Source: Vicinamibacteria bacterium (lineage in GTDB: Bacteria; Acidobacteriota; Vicinamibacteria; Marinacidobacterales; Marinacidobacteraceae). Taken from it: a DNA stretch of 64,000 nucleotides. Position 1 is the stretch's first letter. Every line of letters begins with the position of its first letter. Below the pieces are notes generated by a model. It made no database searches, was not told the origin of the DNA, and saw only the letters and a program-made list of their open reading frames with translations. Shown here one piece after another: positions 19,374 through 29,185 of this stretch. Location: positions 1,792,001-1,856,000 of the forward strand of contig OY729431.1 in assembly GCA_963422395.1 (NCBI GenBank), in the 5' to 3' direction. The translations under genes were made by a program, and so were the position numbers.

Positions 19374-20210
19374 TCAGGCGGCCTGGCAGCGCCCCTGTCC
19401 AGCAGAGCCTCGGCGCTGTTCGACCACGGGAACATCGGTGACGAACATGTGGCCCGGCGCATGGGAGATCGCAACGTCCGGCCTGGCGCCGAGCGCCGCG
19501 ACCTGTGAAGTGACCCCGCAGGCCCAGAAGACGGGCACCTCTCCCGGGAGAAGGCCCCCGGGCTCTCCGAAATCGGCCCGCGAGAGGTCGCGGATCCCGA
19601 GCGCCGCCGGATTCCCCGCGTGAATCGGCGCCCCATGGGCGAGCGGCTGCTCTCCGCTGATCCGGCACGCCTCGGCGACCTGGTCCTCACGAATCGGGCG
19701 CATGGAAACGACGAGCCGGCCGGAGAACGCCCCGGCGGGCACATTGGGCCGGTCGGTGATGTACATGGGCACGACGCGCCCCTCGTCCTGATGGCGAAGA
19801 CGAATGCCGGCAGTGGCCAGAGCCGCTTCGAAGCCGAAGCTGCAGCCGAGCAGGAAAGCGGTGAGCCCGCTCTCCCACTCCTCCTGGACCTGAGACGCCT
19901 CTCGAATCAGCTCGCCGCGCCGGTACACCCGATAGCGAGGCAGATCGGTGCGCAGGTCAGCTCCCGGAGACAGCGTTCGGAGCACGGGGGTATCGCTCAC
20001 GGCAAGCAGCGGACAGGGGCATGGATTCCTCCTGCAGAAGTCTGCGAAATCCCCGGCGAGTGCGTGCGGCAGCGCGATCAGGTTGGCCTGCATGTACCCG
20101 GGGCAAAAGCCCGAGGTGCCGCCCCGGAACTCTCCGCTCCGGCACCCGGCCCGCACCTCGCGCGGCTCTCCGTCCCGGGAGAACGAAGGGGGACGGGAAG
20201 CAGCGGACAT
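19374..20210 (-). CDS. Putative hydro-lyase (DUF1445, D-glutamate cyclase-like)
   Basis: GYMQANL, FCRRNPCPCPLL, DLRTDLPRY, LGCSFGFE, VVSMRP, VFWACGVTSQ, SHAPGHM. Confidence 0.88.
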   Translation of the reverse strand: MSAASRPPSFSRDGEPREVRAGCRSGEFRGGTSGFCPGYMQANLIALPHALAGDFADFCRRNPCPCPLLAVSDTPVLRTLSPGADLRTDLPRYRVYRRGELIREASQVQEEWESGLTAFLLGCSFGFEAALATAGIRLRHQDEGRVVPMYITDRPNVPAGAFSGRLVVSMRPIREDQVAEACRISGEQPLAHGAPIHAGNPAALGIRDLSRADFGEPGGLLPGEVPVFWACGVTSQVAALGARPDVAISHAPGHMFVTDVPVVEQRRGSAGQGRCQAA

Positions 20211-20272
20211 CACCGAAAGATCGAACCTGCAGACTCTATGCGTACCGCTTCCAATCTTCCGCCGCGTAGAGA

Positions 20273-20505
20273 ACCTGTTGCGACCGAGCCTCCGGCTCGG
20301 GCGCGGCACAGCGGGGGAATGTGTGAAAGGGGGTCCACCCCCTTTCACGAAAACAGCAACTCAGAAGCCGAACTCGCTGCCTCCGGCAGCAGTTCGGCTT
20401 CCCGGCGCGCAGCGCCGGGCGCTTCGGGAGCAGGGCATCCCCCTCTTCCCACGAGGGATCGAAACGCGGTAACCACATGGCGCCCCGCTCCCGGAGCGCT
20501 CAGCC
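20273..20505. repeat. Structured ~230-bp interspersed repeat, copy 1
   Basis: Colinear with 29186-29415; four local hairpins plus one long-range stem. Confidence 0.9.
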
Positions 20506-20508
20506 TGC

Positions 20509-20537
20509 TTGACCAGCAACCGAGCGGCACCTATAAT
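20509..20537 (+). promoter_or_regulatory. Sigma70-type promoter of the rplM operon
   Basis: TTGACC-17 nt-TATAAT. Confidence 0.85.
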
Positions 20538-20542
20538 TTCCG

Positions 20543-20632
20543 AATCCGGGCAGCGTTCTGATCTCAGCGGGTTCCGAGAAACGGGTGGCATCACTGCCGG
20601 ACCCCGCCGGGGGATTTCTTGCCCGGATTTTT
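20543..20632 (+). promoter_or_regulatory. Rod-like 5' leader hairpin upstream of rplM
   Basis: AATCCGGGCA (20543-52) pairs with TGCCCGGATT (20620-29); nested GCGGGTTCCG/CGGACCCCGC. Confidence 0.5.
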
Positions 20633-20731
20633 ACCATATGAGCACTTCCTCGAACACCGCAAGCTTCCGGGATCTCCCGTTCGGTGTCCTCGGCCCCAAA
20701 GTCTGACCTCCCGGAACTTTCTGGATCCTGC

Positions 20732-21220
20732 GTGTCTCGTTCAGCCGGCACCACCTTTCTACGCGCCAGCGAAATCGAGCGTCGCTGGTTCGTCGTGGAT
20801 GCCGGAGGGCAAATCTTGGGACGCCTCGCCAGCCGGATAGCCCGTGTGCTCACGGGGAAGCACAAGCCGGCGTGGACGCCCTTCCTCGATTGCGGAGATC
20901 ATGTGATCGTGGTCAACGCGGCGCGGGTTCGGCTCACCGGACGGAAGGAAGAGGGCAAGATCTACTATCGTCAGAGTGGGCGGCCCGGCGGGTTGAAATC
21001 GAGGACGGCAGCAGAACTCAGAAGTGCATTTCCCGAGCGGATCGTGGAGAACGCGGTGCGCGGCATGCTTCCCAAGGGAAGCTTGGGGCGCTCCCAGTTC
21101 CTGAAGCTCAAGGTGTACCCCGGCATCGAGCACCCCCACGCCGCCCAGACGCCTGTGCCCCTCCCCGAGAAACTCCTGCCAGCGAATCCGCTGCCGACTG
21201 AAGTCATGGTTTCCTCCTGA
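20732..21220 (+). CDS. rplM: 50S ribosomal protein L13
   Basis: [44 protein letters not shown]; start approximate. Confidence 0.97.
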   Translation: MSRSAGTTFLRASEIERRWFVVDAGGQILGRLASRIARVLTGKHKPAWTPFLDCGDHVIVVNAARVRLTGRKEEGKIYYRQSGRPGGLKSRTAAELRSAFPERIVENAVRGMLPKGSLGRSQFLKLKVYPGIEHPHAAQTPVPLPEKLLPANPLPTEVMVSS

Positions 21221-21612
21221 TGCCCGAACCCGTCGCCTACGGCACCGGCAAACGGAAGTGTTCCATCGCGCGGGTGTACCTCCGCGACGGCACTGGTCAG
21301 ATCCATGTGAATCGGCGGCCACTCGAGGACTACTTCCCGAGGGACACCTACCGGAACTGGGTCACGCAACCTCTGCTCGCCACCGACCAGGGCGCGCGAT
21401 TCGATGTGGACGCACGGGTCAAAGGCGGGGGGCTCTCCGGACAGGCGGCTGCGGTACGGCTGGGGATTGCACGAGCGCTCAGCGAGACGAACTCCCGCCT
21501 GCGCCCCGAACTGAAGCGCCGCGGCTTCCTGACCCGCGACGCGCGCCGCAAGGAACGCAAGAAGTACGGGCAGCCGGGCGCGCGCAAGCGTTTCCAGTAC
21601 TCGAAGCGCTGA
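21220..21612 (+). CDS. rpsI: 30S ribosomal protein S9
   Basis: [32 protein letters not shown]. Confidence 0.98.
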   Translation: MPEPVAYGTGKRKCSIARVYLRDGTGQIHVNRRPLEDYFPRDTYRNWVTQPLLATDQGARFDVDARVKGGGLSGQAAAVRLGIARALSETNSRLRPELKRRGFLTRDARRKERKKYGQPGARKRFQYSKR

Positions 21613-21652
21613 CCATCGGATCAGGACTCCGAAGACTCGCCGCCAGAAGCCG

Positions 21653-22483
21653 ATGTCCACAGCACTCAGCATGAAGGACCTGCTCGAGGCAGGACTCCAC
21701 TTCGGGCATGAAACGAAGTGGTGGAACCCGCGGATGCGTCCTTACATCCACGGCGCCCGCAGCGGGATCCATGTCGTCGATCTGAACCAGACATTGCCGT
21801 TGTTCCGAACGGCGCTCGACTTCGTCTCCCGGCTCGGGGCCGAAGGGAAGACGATCCTCTTCGTGGGGACGAAGCGCCAGGCGCAGGAAGTGATCGCCGC
21901 CGAAGCGGCGCGCGTGGATGCTTTCTATGTGAACCACCGCTGGCTCGGCGGGCTGCTGACGAACTTCCAGACGATCCGCAAAAGCATCGCCAAGTTTCAG
22001 GAGCTTCGAGAAATCACCGAGAACGACGATCTCGGCGGTTTCTCGAACAAGGCACGGTCCCGCCTCGACAAGCGGCGCCGGAGAATGGAGAAGACGCTGA
22101 GCGGCATCGAGAAGATGGACCAGCTCCCCGATGCGGTGTGCATCGTGGATCCGAAGAACGAGATGATCGCGGTGCGTGAGGCCCGAAAGCTCCGGATTCC
22201 GATCATTGCCATCGTGGATACCGATTGCGATCCCGACCTCATCGACTATGTGATTCCGGGGAACGACGACGCCCTCCGGGCGATCCGTCTGTTCACCTCC
22301 CGGGTCGCGGGCGCTTTCGAGGACGGCCGCCAGCTCCGCGGCCTGGCGCCCTTCGATGGCGATTCGGAAGCGAGCTCCGAACCGGCGTCGGCCTCGACGT
22401 CCGGGGCCGATGAGGTGCGGCCCGGCGCCGCACCGGCCGAGCCCCCGCCGTCGGCTCCCACCGCGCCGAAACCACCGGCCTGA
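21653..22483 (+). CDS. rpsB: 30S ribosomal protein S2
   Basis: LLEAGLHFGH, WNPRM, FVGTKRQA, RWLGGLLTNF, PGNDDA. Confidence 0.98.
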   Translation: MSTALSMKDLLEAGLHFGHETKWWNPRMRPYIHGARSGIHVVDLNQTLPLFRTALDFVSRLGAEGKTILFVGTKRQAQEVIAAEAARVDAFYVNHRWLGGLLTNFQTIRKSIAKFQELREITENDDLGGFSNKARSRLDKRRRRMEKTLSGIEKMDQLPDAVCIVDPKNEMIAVREARKLRIPIIAIVDTDCDPDLIDYVIPGNDDALRAIRLFTSRVAGAFEDGRQLRGLAPFDGDSEASSEPASASTSGADEVRPGAAPAEPPPSAPTAPKPPA

Positions 22484-22545
22484 AGGCGGCCGGCGTGCAC
22501 GCCGGACCTTTCCCGACGCCCGGTATCCGATCAGGAGGAATCGAA

Positions 22546-23175
22546 ATGCCCGCCATCAGCGCTCAGGAAGTCAAGAAGCTTCGAGATCAGACCGGCGCCG
22601 GCTTCGCAGATTGCAAGAATGCGCTAGTCGAAGCCGACGGGGACTTCGCCGCCGCCGTCCGCATCCTGCGCGAGAAGGGCGCCGCTGCCGCCGAAAAACG
22701 CTCCGGCCGGACCACCGGCGAGGGGATCGTCCATTCCTACATCCACGACCGCCGGATCGGAGTGATGGTCGAGCTGGCCTGCGAAACCGATTTCGTGGCG
22801 CGCAACGAGAAGTTTCGTGAACTGGCGAACGACATCGCGATCCACATCGCCTGCGGCTACCCAGCTCCGGCCCGCTGGGTAGCGCGCGAGGAGGTGCCCG
22901 AGGAAGTGATCCGCGACGAAACGGAGCTGATCCGGTTGCAACTCGCGAACGACCCGAAGAACGCGCGCAAGCCGCCCGCAGTCCTCGAACGGATCGTCGC
23001 CGGCAAGATCGAGAAATTCCTCTCCGACCGGATTCTCATGGAGCAGCTGTACGCTCTCGACGATTCGAAGAAGACGAGCATTCAGGACCTCGTGCTCCAG
23101 ACCGCACAGTCGACCGGCGAGAACATCCGGGTCCGTCGTTTCGTCAAGTTCGAGCGGGGCGCGGACCTCGGCTGA
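22546..23175 (+). CDS. tsf: Elongation factor Ts (short form)
   Basis: VKKLRDQTGAG, CETDFVA, GENIRVRRF; SD AGGAGG upstream. Confidence 0.96.
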   Translation: MPAISAQEVKKLRDQTGAGFADCKNALVEADGDFAAAVRILREKGAAAAEKRSGRTTGEGIVHSYIHDRRIGVMVELACETDFVARNEKFRELANDIAIHIACGYPAPARWVAREEVPEEVIRDETELIRLQLANDPKNARKPPAVLERIVAGKIEKFLSDRILMEQLYALDDSKKTSIQDLVLQTAQSTGENIRVRRFVKFERGADLG

Positions 23176-23203
23176 CCGGACGGCCCCCTCCGAGGATCCC
23201 GTC

Positions 23204-23992
23204 TTGACCGGGCCGCGACGGGCGCTCCTCAAGCTGTCCGGGCAGGCGCTGCAAGGGTCCGAGTCGTCGGGGATCTCTACCCAAGCGATCGAGCGTATGG
23301 CCGGGGCGATCGCCGAAATCCACCGCGACGGGATCGAAATCGCCTGTGTGATCGGCGGCGGCAACATCTTCCGGGGTTTCGCCGCCGAAGCGCGGGGCAT
23401 GGACCGGGTCACTGCGGATTCCATGGGGATGCTCGCCACCCTCATCAACGCCCTCGCCATGCAAGAGGCACTCGAGAGGCTCGATTGCGAGACCCGGGTG
23501 ATGTCGGCCATCACGGTCCGGCAGGTCGCCGAGCCCTTCATCCGGCGCCGAGCACTGCGCCATCTCGAAAAGGGGCGTATCGTGGTGTTCGCCGCCGGAA
23601 CCGGTAATCCCTACTTCTCGACCGACACCGCCGCCGCACTCCGTGCTGCCGAGATCCGGGCCGAGGTTCTGATCAAGGCCACCCGGGTCCCCGGAGTCTT
23701 CACCGGCGATCCGGAACAGGATCCCGAAGCTCGACCGATCCGCCGGCTGAGCTATTTGGAGGCAATTCGCCAGGAACTCCGTTTCATGGACACGACGGCG
23801 ATCTCGCTATGCATGGAGAACGACCTGCCGATCATCGTCTGTCACCTGGACGATCTGCGACGGGCCGCCCACGGTGACGGGGTCGGCACTCGCGTGGCCG
23901 GGCGCGACCGCGGACAGCGCATGACAACCGAGGACGAAGCCGCGCAGTGTCCGACCGGCAGTTGCGCCCGCACCTCTTCATCCACAGGCTGA
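23204..23992 (+). CDS. pyrH: Uridylate kinase
   Basis: LLKLSG, GGGNIFRG, GMLATLIN, GTGNPYFSTD, MDTTA. Confidence 0.96.
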   Translation: MTGPRRALLKLSGQALQGSESSGISTQAIERMAGAIAEIHRDGIEIACVIGGGNIFRGFAAEARGMDRVTADSMGMLATLINALAMQEALERLDCETRVMSAITVRQVAEPFIRRRALRHLEKGRIVVFAAGTGNPYFSTDTAAALRAAEIRAEVLIKATRVPGVFTGDPEQDPEARPIRRLSYLEAIRQELRFMDTTAISLCMENDLPIIVCHLDDLRRAAHGDGVGTRVAGRDRGQRMTTEDEAAQCPTGSCARTSSSTG

Positions 23993-24010
23993 TATCCAGG
24001 AGGAAAGAGC

Positions 24011-24568
24011 ATGCCTCACGAAATCCTCGACGAGCTGAACCGCCGAATGGGCAAGACGGTGGAGATCTTCGAACGCGAGCTGGCGTCGGTGCGCACCGGC
24101 CGGGCATCGGTGGCGCTGCTGGATTCGGTCCGGGTGGAGTACTACGGACAGCTCCTCCCCCTCCATCAGCTCGCCTCCCTCAAGACGCCTGACGCCAGCA
24201 CCATCGTGGTGCAGCCCTGGGAGAAGAACATGCTGCAGCCAGTGGACCGGGCGATCCGGGCGGCGGGCCTCGACCTGAACCCCACCTCGGACGGCACGGT
24301 ACTGCGGATCCCGATTCCCCCGCTCAGCCAGGAGCGGCGCCAGCAGCTCGCCCGCAACATCTCCCGGATGGCCGAGGAGCACAAGAATGCCCTCCGCCAG
24401 GTGCGGCGCGACGCGAACCACCAACTCAAGAAGCTGGCGAGGGACAAGGAACTCTCCGAAGACCTCGAGCACGACCTCGAACGGGAAGCGCAGAAGGCGA
24501 CGGACATCCATGTGAAACGCGTCGAGGACATCGCCGCACGCAAAGAAGCCAGCATCCTCTCCGTGTAG
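24011..24568 (+). CDS. frr: Ribosome recycling factor
   Basis: RTGRAS, VEYYG, LNPTSDG, PPLSQERR, RQVRRDA. Confidence 0.97.
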   Translation: MPHEILDELNRRMGKTVEIFERELASVRTGRASVALLDSVRVEYYGQLLPLHQLASLKTPDASTIVVQPWEKNMLQPVDRAIRAAGLDLNPTSDGTVLRIPIPPLSQERRQQLARNISRMAEEHKNALRQVRRDANHQLKKLARDKELSEDLEHDLEREAQKATDIHVKRVEDIAARKEASILSV

Positions 24569-24582
24569 GGCAGTAGGAACCC

Positions 24583-25785
24583 ATGAGCCGCTATTCCTTC
24601 CTCTCTCATCTGGAGTGTTCCCGCACCGGAAAGCGCCATGACGCTTCCACGGCACAGAACCTCTCAGCCGAGAAGCATCCCCTGCTCGCGCGCTACGACC
24701 TCGAAGCGGCAGCGCCCACCTTCACTCCCTCTTCGTTGCGCGGCCGCCCCTTCGATCTTTGGCGTTACCACGAGGTCCTGCCGATCCACGAAGAGCGTCA
24801 TTGCATCAAGCTCGGCGAGGGGGGAACGCCGCTCCACCGGGCGCGCCGGCTCGAAGCCGAACTCGATCTCGGCGAGCTGCACCTCAAAGACGAAGGGATG
24901 AATCCCACCGGCAGCTTCAAGGATCGGGGGCTGTGCCTCGCGGTGTCCGCCGCCTGGCAGCTCGGTCTCGACGGCGTGGCGCTCCCCTCCGCAGGAAATG
25001 CCGGCGGCGCCGCAGCGGCCTATGCGGCGCGCGCAGGTATGGATTGCGTGGTAGCGGTCCCGCAGGACTGCCCCGAGGTGAATCGAATCGAGGCATCGGT
25101 GTACGGCGCGGAGATCCATCCGGTGGACGGATTGATCTCCGACGCCGGGCGGCTCATCGCAGCGATGGCGGAAGAGCGCGGCCTGTTCGAAGTGGCCACT
25201 CTCAAGGAGCCGTACCGGATCGAGGGAAAGAAAACGATGGCCTACGAGGTGTTCGAACAGCTCGGGCGGCTGCCCGAGGTCATGCTCTATCCGACCGGCG
25301 GCGGCACCGGGCTCATCGGGATGTGGAAAGCGTTCGATGAGATGGAGCGCCTCGGTTGGATCGGCGCCGAACGGCCGCGCATGATCTCGGTCCAGGCTGA
25401 AGGTTGTGCGCCGATTCCGCGCGCTTTCGAGGAGGGCGCCGAATCCTCGACGATGTGGGAGAACGCGAGTACGGTGGCTTCCGGACTTCGGGTTCCCAAA
25501 GCGATCGGCGACTTCCTGATCCTGCGGGCAGTGCGCGAAAGCGGGGGGGTCGCGATCGCTGTCTCCGACGAAGAACTGATGCGCGATGCGCGCCGGATCG
25601 CTGCTGTCGAAGGCATCTTCGCCGCCCCCGAAGGGGGTGCCTGCCTTGCCGCGCTGCGCCGGCTGCGGGAATCGGGACGAGTTTCCCGCGACGAAACGGT
25701 AGTGCTCTTCAACACCGGCACCGGCGCCAAGTATGTCGAGGCCTTCCGAAGCCCGGGCGCCGCCTCGGCAGGCTCCGCACGGTAG
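24583..25785 (+). CDS. thrC: Threonine synthase (PLP fold II)
   Basis: [46 protein letters not shown]. Confidence 0.85.
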   Translation: MSRYSFLSHLECSRTGKRHDASTAQNLSAEKHPLLARYDLEAAAPTFTPSSLRGRPFDLWRYHEVLPIHEERHCIKLGEGGTPLHRARRLEAELDLGELHLKDEGMNPTGSFKDRGLCLAVSAAWQLGLDGVALPSAGNAGGAAAAYAARAGMDCVVAVPQDCPEVNRIEASVYGAEIHPVDGLISDAGRLIAAMAEERGLFEVATLKEPYRIEGKKTMAYEVFEQLGRLPEVMLYPTGGGTGLIGMWKAFDEMERLGWIGAERPRMISVQAEGCAPIPRAFEEGAESSTMWENASTVASGLRVPKAIGDFLILRAVRESGGVAIAVSDEELMRDARRIAAVEGIFAAPEGGACLAALRRLRESGRVSRDETVVLFNTGTGAKYVEAFRSPGAASAGSAR

Positions 25786-25899
25786 GCCGACCCAAAGCAC
25801 CTCTTACATTCTGCTCTGATTGCGCTGCGACGAGTGGAAACCCGCCGGCGGCCCGAGGACCGGCACACCACTGTCGGTGGTCTCGAAGTGAATTCCCGA

Positions 25900-27432
25900 A
25901 TGCCCTCCGCCCTCGCCGCCGCCGCGCTACTCCTCATCGGACTCCCGTTGGCAGCAGTCGGGAACCCTTCGGGTCAGGCCGCCGACTCGGCGGCGAACTG
26001 GCCCCGGTTCCGAGGGCCCGACTCGAACCCGGTGGGCACCCATCCGGACCTTCCGCTCCGCTGGTCCGGGACCGAGAACATCGAGTGGGCGGCAGAGGTT
26101 TTGGGGGTGGGCTGGTCTTCGCCGGTCGTCTGGGGGAAACGGGTCTTCCTCACTTCGGCTGCCAGCCAGCAGGCGATGAAAGGCCCGTCACTCGGCACCG
26201 ACTTCGGCAATGACTACCTCGCCGAACTGCAAGAAGAGGGTCTCGCCCCCGAAGAGATGACCGCCCGGCTGTACGACCGCGATCGGGAGATGCCCCACGA
26301 GATCGTCATCAGCCTCCATCTCCACTGCCTCGATCTGGATTCGGGGAAGATCCTCTGGACGCGAGAGATCTATCGTGGACAGCCGCGTGGCGGGCGCCAC
26401 CGCAAGAACAGCTACGCATCGGAGACTCCGGTGACCGATGGCGAGCGCGTCTATGCGTACTTCACCCACCACGGACTCTTCGCGTTCGATCTGGAAGGCA
26501 CCCCGGCCTGGGAGACGCCGCTTTCGCCGCGGCCAACAGTGCGGGACTTCGGGGTCGGCGCCTCGCCCGCGCTTCACGGAGAGCGCCTCTATGTCCTGAA
26601 CGACAACGAAGAGGCGGGTTTCCTCGCCGCGTTCGACAAGCGGACCGGCGCCGAAATCTGGCGCACCGACCGAGAGATCACCGAGCGCCGAAAAACGGGC
26701 TGGTCCACTCCCTTCGTCTGGGACAACGAGATCCGCAGCGAGATCGTGACCGTGGGGCCGGGTATCGTGATCAGTTACGACCTCGACGGCCGCGCCGCCT
26801 GGCATCTGAAACGCATGGCCGGAACGCCGATCCAGAGTCCGTTCGCCTGGGAAGGTCGCCTCTTCGTCACCGCCGGAGCCTCCGGCGGTCGATTCCGGCC
26901 GCTGGCCGCCATCCGCCCAGGGGGCTCGGGGGACATCACCCCGCCCGAGGGCGAGACCCGAAGCGCCCATGTCGCCTGGTACGACCGCCTCGCCGGCGGG
27001 ACCTATCTGCCGACGCCGGTCCTCTACGACAGCGCGCTATACGTGCTGTACTCGCGGGGGATCTTCGCCCGCCACGACCCGGAAACCGGTGAACGCGCCT
27101 ATCGATCGCGCATCGCCGATGGCGCCGCCGCATTCACTGCGTCACCTTGGGCCTACAACGGACATGTGTTCGCGCTGGGGGAAGAAGGGGACACCTATGT
27201 GATCGAGGCGGGCGACGAATACCGGCTGGTCGGGGTGAACACCCTCCACGACTGGACCCTCGCATCTCCGGCGATCGTCGGAGATCGCCTCCTGATCCGC
27301 ACCCAGAGCCGCCTCTACTCGATCCGCAAGCACAGCCCCGACCCGATACCCCCTGAGGAGGATTCCAGAAGAACCTCGGGCGCAGAGAGTCTTCTCCCGC
27401 CCTCCGACCACCAGCGACATCCACCTCGGTGA
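25900..27432 (+). CDS. Secreted PQQ-like (BamB-type) beta-propeller protein
   Basis: Signal peptide, [35 protein letters not shown]. Confidence 0.85.
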   Translation: MPSALAAAALLLIGLPLAAVGNPSGQAADSAANWPRFRGPDSNPVGTHPDLPLRWSGTENIEWAAEVLGVGWSSPVVWGKRVFLTSAASQQAMKGPSLGTDFGNDYLAELQEEGLAPEEMTARLYDRDREMPHEIVISLHLHCLDLDSGKILWTREIYRGQPRGGRHRKNSYASETPVTDGERVYAYFTHHGLFAFDLEGTPAWETPLSPRPTVRDFGVGASPALHGERLYVLNDNEEAGFLAAFDKRTGAEIWRTDREITERRKTGWSTPFVWDNEIRSEIVTVGPGIVISYDLDGRAAWHLKRMAGTPIQSPFAWEGRLFVTAGASGGRFRPLAAIRPGGSGDITPPEGETRSAHVAWYDRLAGGTYLPTPVLYDSALYVLYSRGIFARHDPETGERAYRSRIADGAAAFTASPWAYNGHVFALGEEGDTYVIEAGDEYRLVGVNTLHDWTLASPAIVGDRLLIRTQSRLYSIRKHSPDPIPPEEDSRRTSGAESLLPPSDHQRHPPR

Positions 27433-28103
27433 CCCAACGATTCCTCTTGGCCATCCTATGGAGGAGAAGCATTAAGGTGAGGTCCTCTATCACTGTACGT
27501 TCCGCTTGTATTTCGGCGGAACCAACGCAGCGAGCGGGTCCCATTCTCGGCCTGCGGTCGGTCGATTCGCCACACGCGGCGGTCGTAAATCGCCTAGATT
27601 CAACGAGTTACGGCAGGCGGAGCGTATGCCTGCGGTATGCGTCCGGGCGGGAGGTCGAGTGGCCCGGCGGTTGCGGGGAGGCGGTGCGGTGCGCTTTCCC
27701 GGCGGGTAGTCAAACTAGACGCTCTGCAGCGAAAGGCGCCTATAACCATAGAGTTGCGTGTTGCGGGTCAAGCGGCGCCTGCTGGTTCGGTGGTTCGGTG
27801 CGGTCCTGGTCGGGTCCGCCCCCTGTTCGGACACACACCGAAAATGTCCGCAATGCGTCCGGATGGAGCCCCCACTGAACATTCCTGTTCTCGGCAAGAA
27901 GCTTTGCCCAAGAGGAGGTCGGGGTCGGTTCAACACGGCCCCCCGCGCGCGTAGGACGCTCTCTAACGGCGCGGCGGCGGCGGGGTATTTAGGGTCGGGG
28001 TAGGTGCTCGGAAGCGATTCCAGGGCGGTTCTGGCGCGTCGAATCGGCGCGAATCGGTCAGCGTCGGGCGGAACCAGCGTCTGGCGGGTTGAGGTCGAGC
28101 ATT

Positions 28104-28154
28104 CGAGAATCCGGCCCGGCCCCCCATATCGGCGAGGGTCCGGGCGGATTCTCG
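28104..28154. other. Stem-loop downstream of the small peptide ORF
   Basis: CGAGAATCCG.CCCGG ... CCGGG.CGGATTCTCG inverted repeat. Confidence 0.55.
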
Positions 28155-28161
28155 GGCGGTT

Positions 28162-28296
28162 CTAATCGTCACATCCCCATTCTCTGCGTTCCTGCCGTAT
28201 GAGTCGGTCGGCTTCACGATATTCCCAGCGAATCCAGGCATTCAAGAAGAGGAAAGTCACCACAGAACTCACGAGGAAAAGAAAGAGCACACTCAT
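28162..28296 (-). CDS. Putative 44-aa single-pass membrane peptide
   Basis: Manual translation MSVLFLFLVSSVVTFLFLNAWIRWEYREADRLIRQERREWGCDD; ATG lies 1 nt after the recombinase stop. Confidence 0.5.
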   Translation of the reverse strand: MSVLFLFLVSSVVTFLFLNAWIRWEYREADRLIRQERREWGCDD

Positions 28297-28297
28297 T

Positions 28298-28747
28298 TCA
28301 GCGTCCGTAGCGGTAGCGCGCGACAGCGGACTGGCCGGCGGCGATCTTCGCGGTGTAGCGCGCGACCATCTTCGGGTCGGCCCAGCGGCCCGACTGCTGG
28401 ATCGCTGCGGTTCCGGCCCCTGCGATAGCCAGTTCTTGGGCGGTCCCTACCCGGAGGCCGTGCGAAGAGGCATCTTCGATGCCGGCGGCGGCGGCCCGTT
28501 TCCTGATGACGCGGTGAATCTGCGATGGCGAGAGTCCGAAGATCGGCGCGTCCTGGTCCGTAGCGTCCGGGCGGATGGCGGCGATTGCCTTCGCGGTTTC
28601 GATGCCGATGTAGAGCACCGCCCCCCGTCCTTCCTGGTCGGACTTGGAGCGGCGAACGGTGAGCCTGCCGGAGCCGTCTTCGGCGCGCTCGAAGTCGGCC
28701 CAGCGGACGGCGGACGCTTCCGAACGGCGGAGAAGCGCATCGCTCAT
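28298..28747 (-). pseudogene. Cre-like tyrosine recombinase, catalytic domain only (5' truncated)
   Basis: LLRRSE (R), RRSKSDQ (K), SHGLRVG (HxxR), GRW...MVARY (W, Y); no N-terminal binding domain. Confidence 0.85.
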
Positions 28748-28779
28748 ACACTCCATTATATGTCAAATTCAGTCACCTC

Positions 28780-29150
28780 TGTTCTGCCTCTCGATTTTCG
28801 GACATGTGATTGCGGGAAATCACGCGGCATCGGCAAGGGGTTGGAGGTCGCGCCGGACCTGTGCGGGGGAGCGGAATCCATGACGCTCGACGAGCCAGTG
28901 TTCGTCGTAGTGGACGCGCCACTCCGGAGCGCGCGATTCAGATCTTGGACGGTGTCGAAGTCGCGGACCCACAGGAGCTGTTCTCTCGGGGTCGGATGAA
29001 GCGCTCGGCGACCCCGTTGCTCTGGGGTTCGCGGACGAAGGCGGGGCTGCCCTGGATGCCGAGGAAGGCGAGTTCCTGTTGGAAGTTGCGGCTCAGGTAC
29101 TGGGGGCCTGGTCGTGGCGGACGCTGAGGCCGCGGACGATGTCGGGGGCT
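28780..29150 (-). mobile_element. IS3-like DDE transposase remnant (frameshifted) with one terminal inverted repeat
   Basis: Fragments GLSVRHD/GPQYLSRNF..SPAFVREPQSNGVAERFIR/EQLLW../HWLVERHGFRSPAQVR in shifting frames; TG-initiated end TGTTCTGCCTCTCGATTTTCGGACA at 28780. Confidence 0.78.
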
Positions 29151-29185
29151 GATCAGCCGCGATCCTCGCCCGTGGCCTAAAAAAC

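Noticed and set aside
20543-20632. SRP RNA (ffs) or 6S RNA
   Set aside because: Lacks the conserved SRP helix-8 motif and is too short for 6S.
27433-28297. Possible CRISPR array, integron attC array or dif site next to the recombinase
   Set aside because: No regularly spaced identical repeats, no GTTRRRY cassette pattern, no match to the dif consensus.
28199-28999. 266-aa plus-strand ORF in the mobile patch
   Set aside because: Antisense reading of the recombinase and IS fragments.
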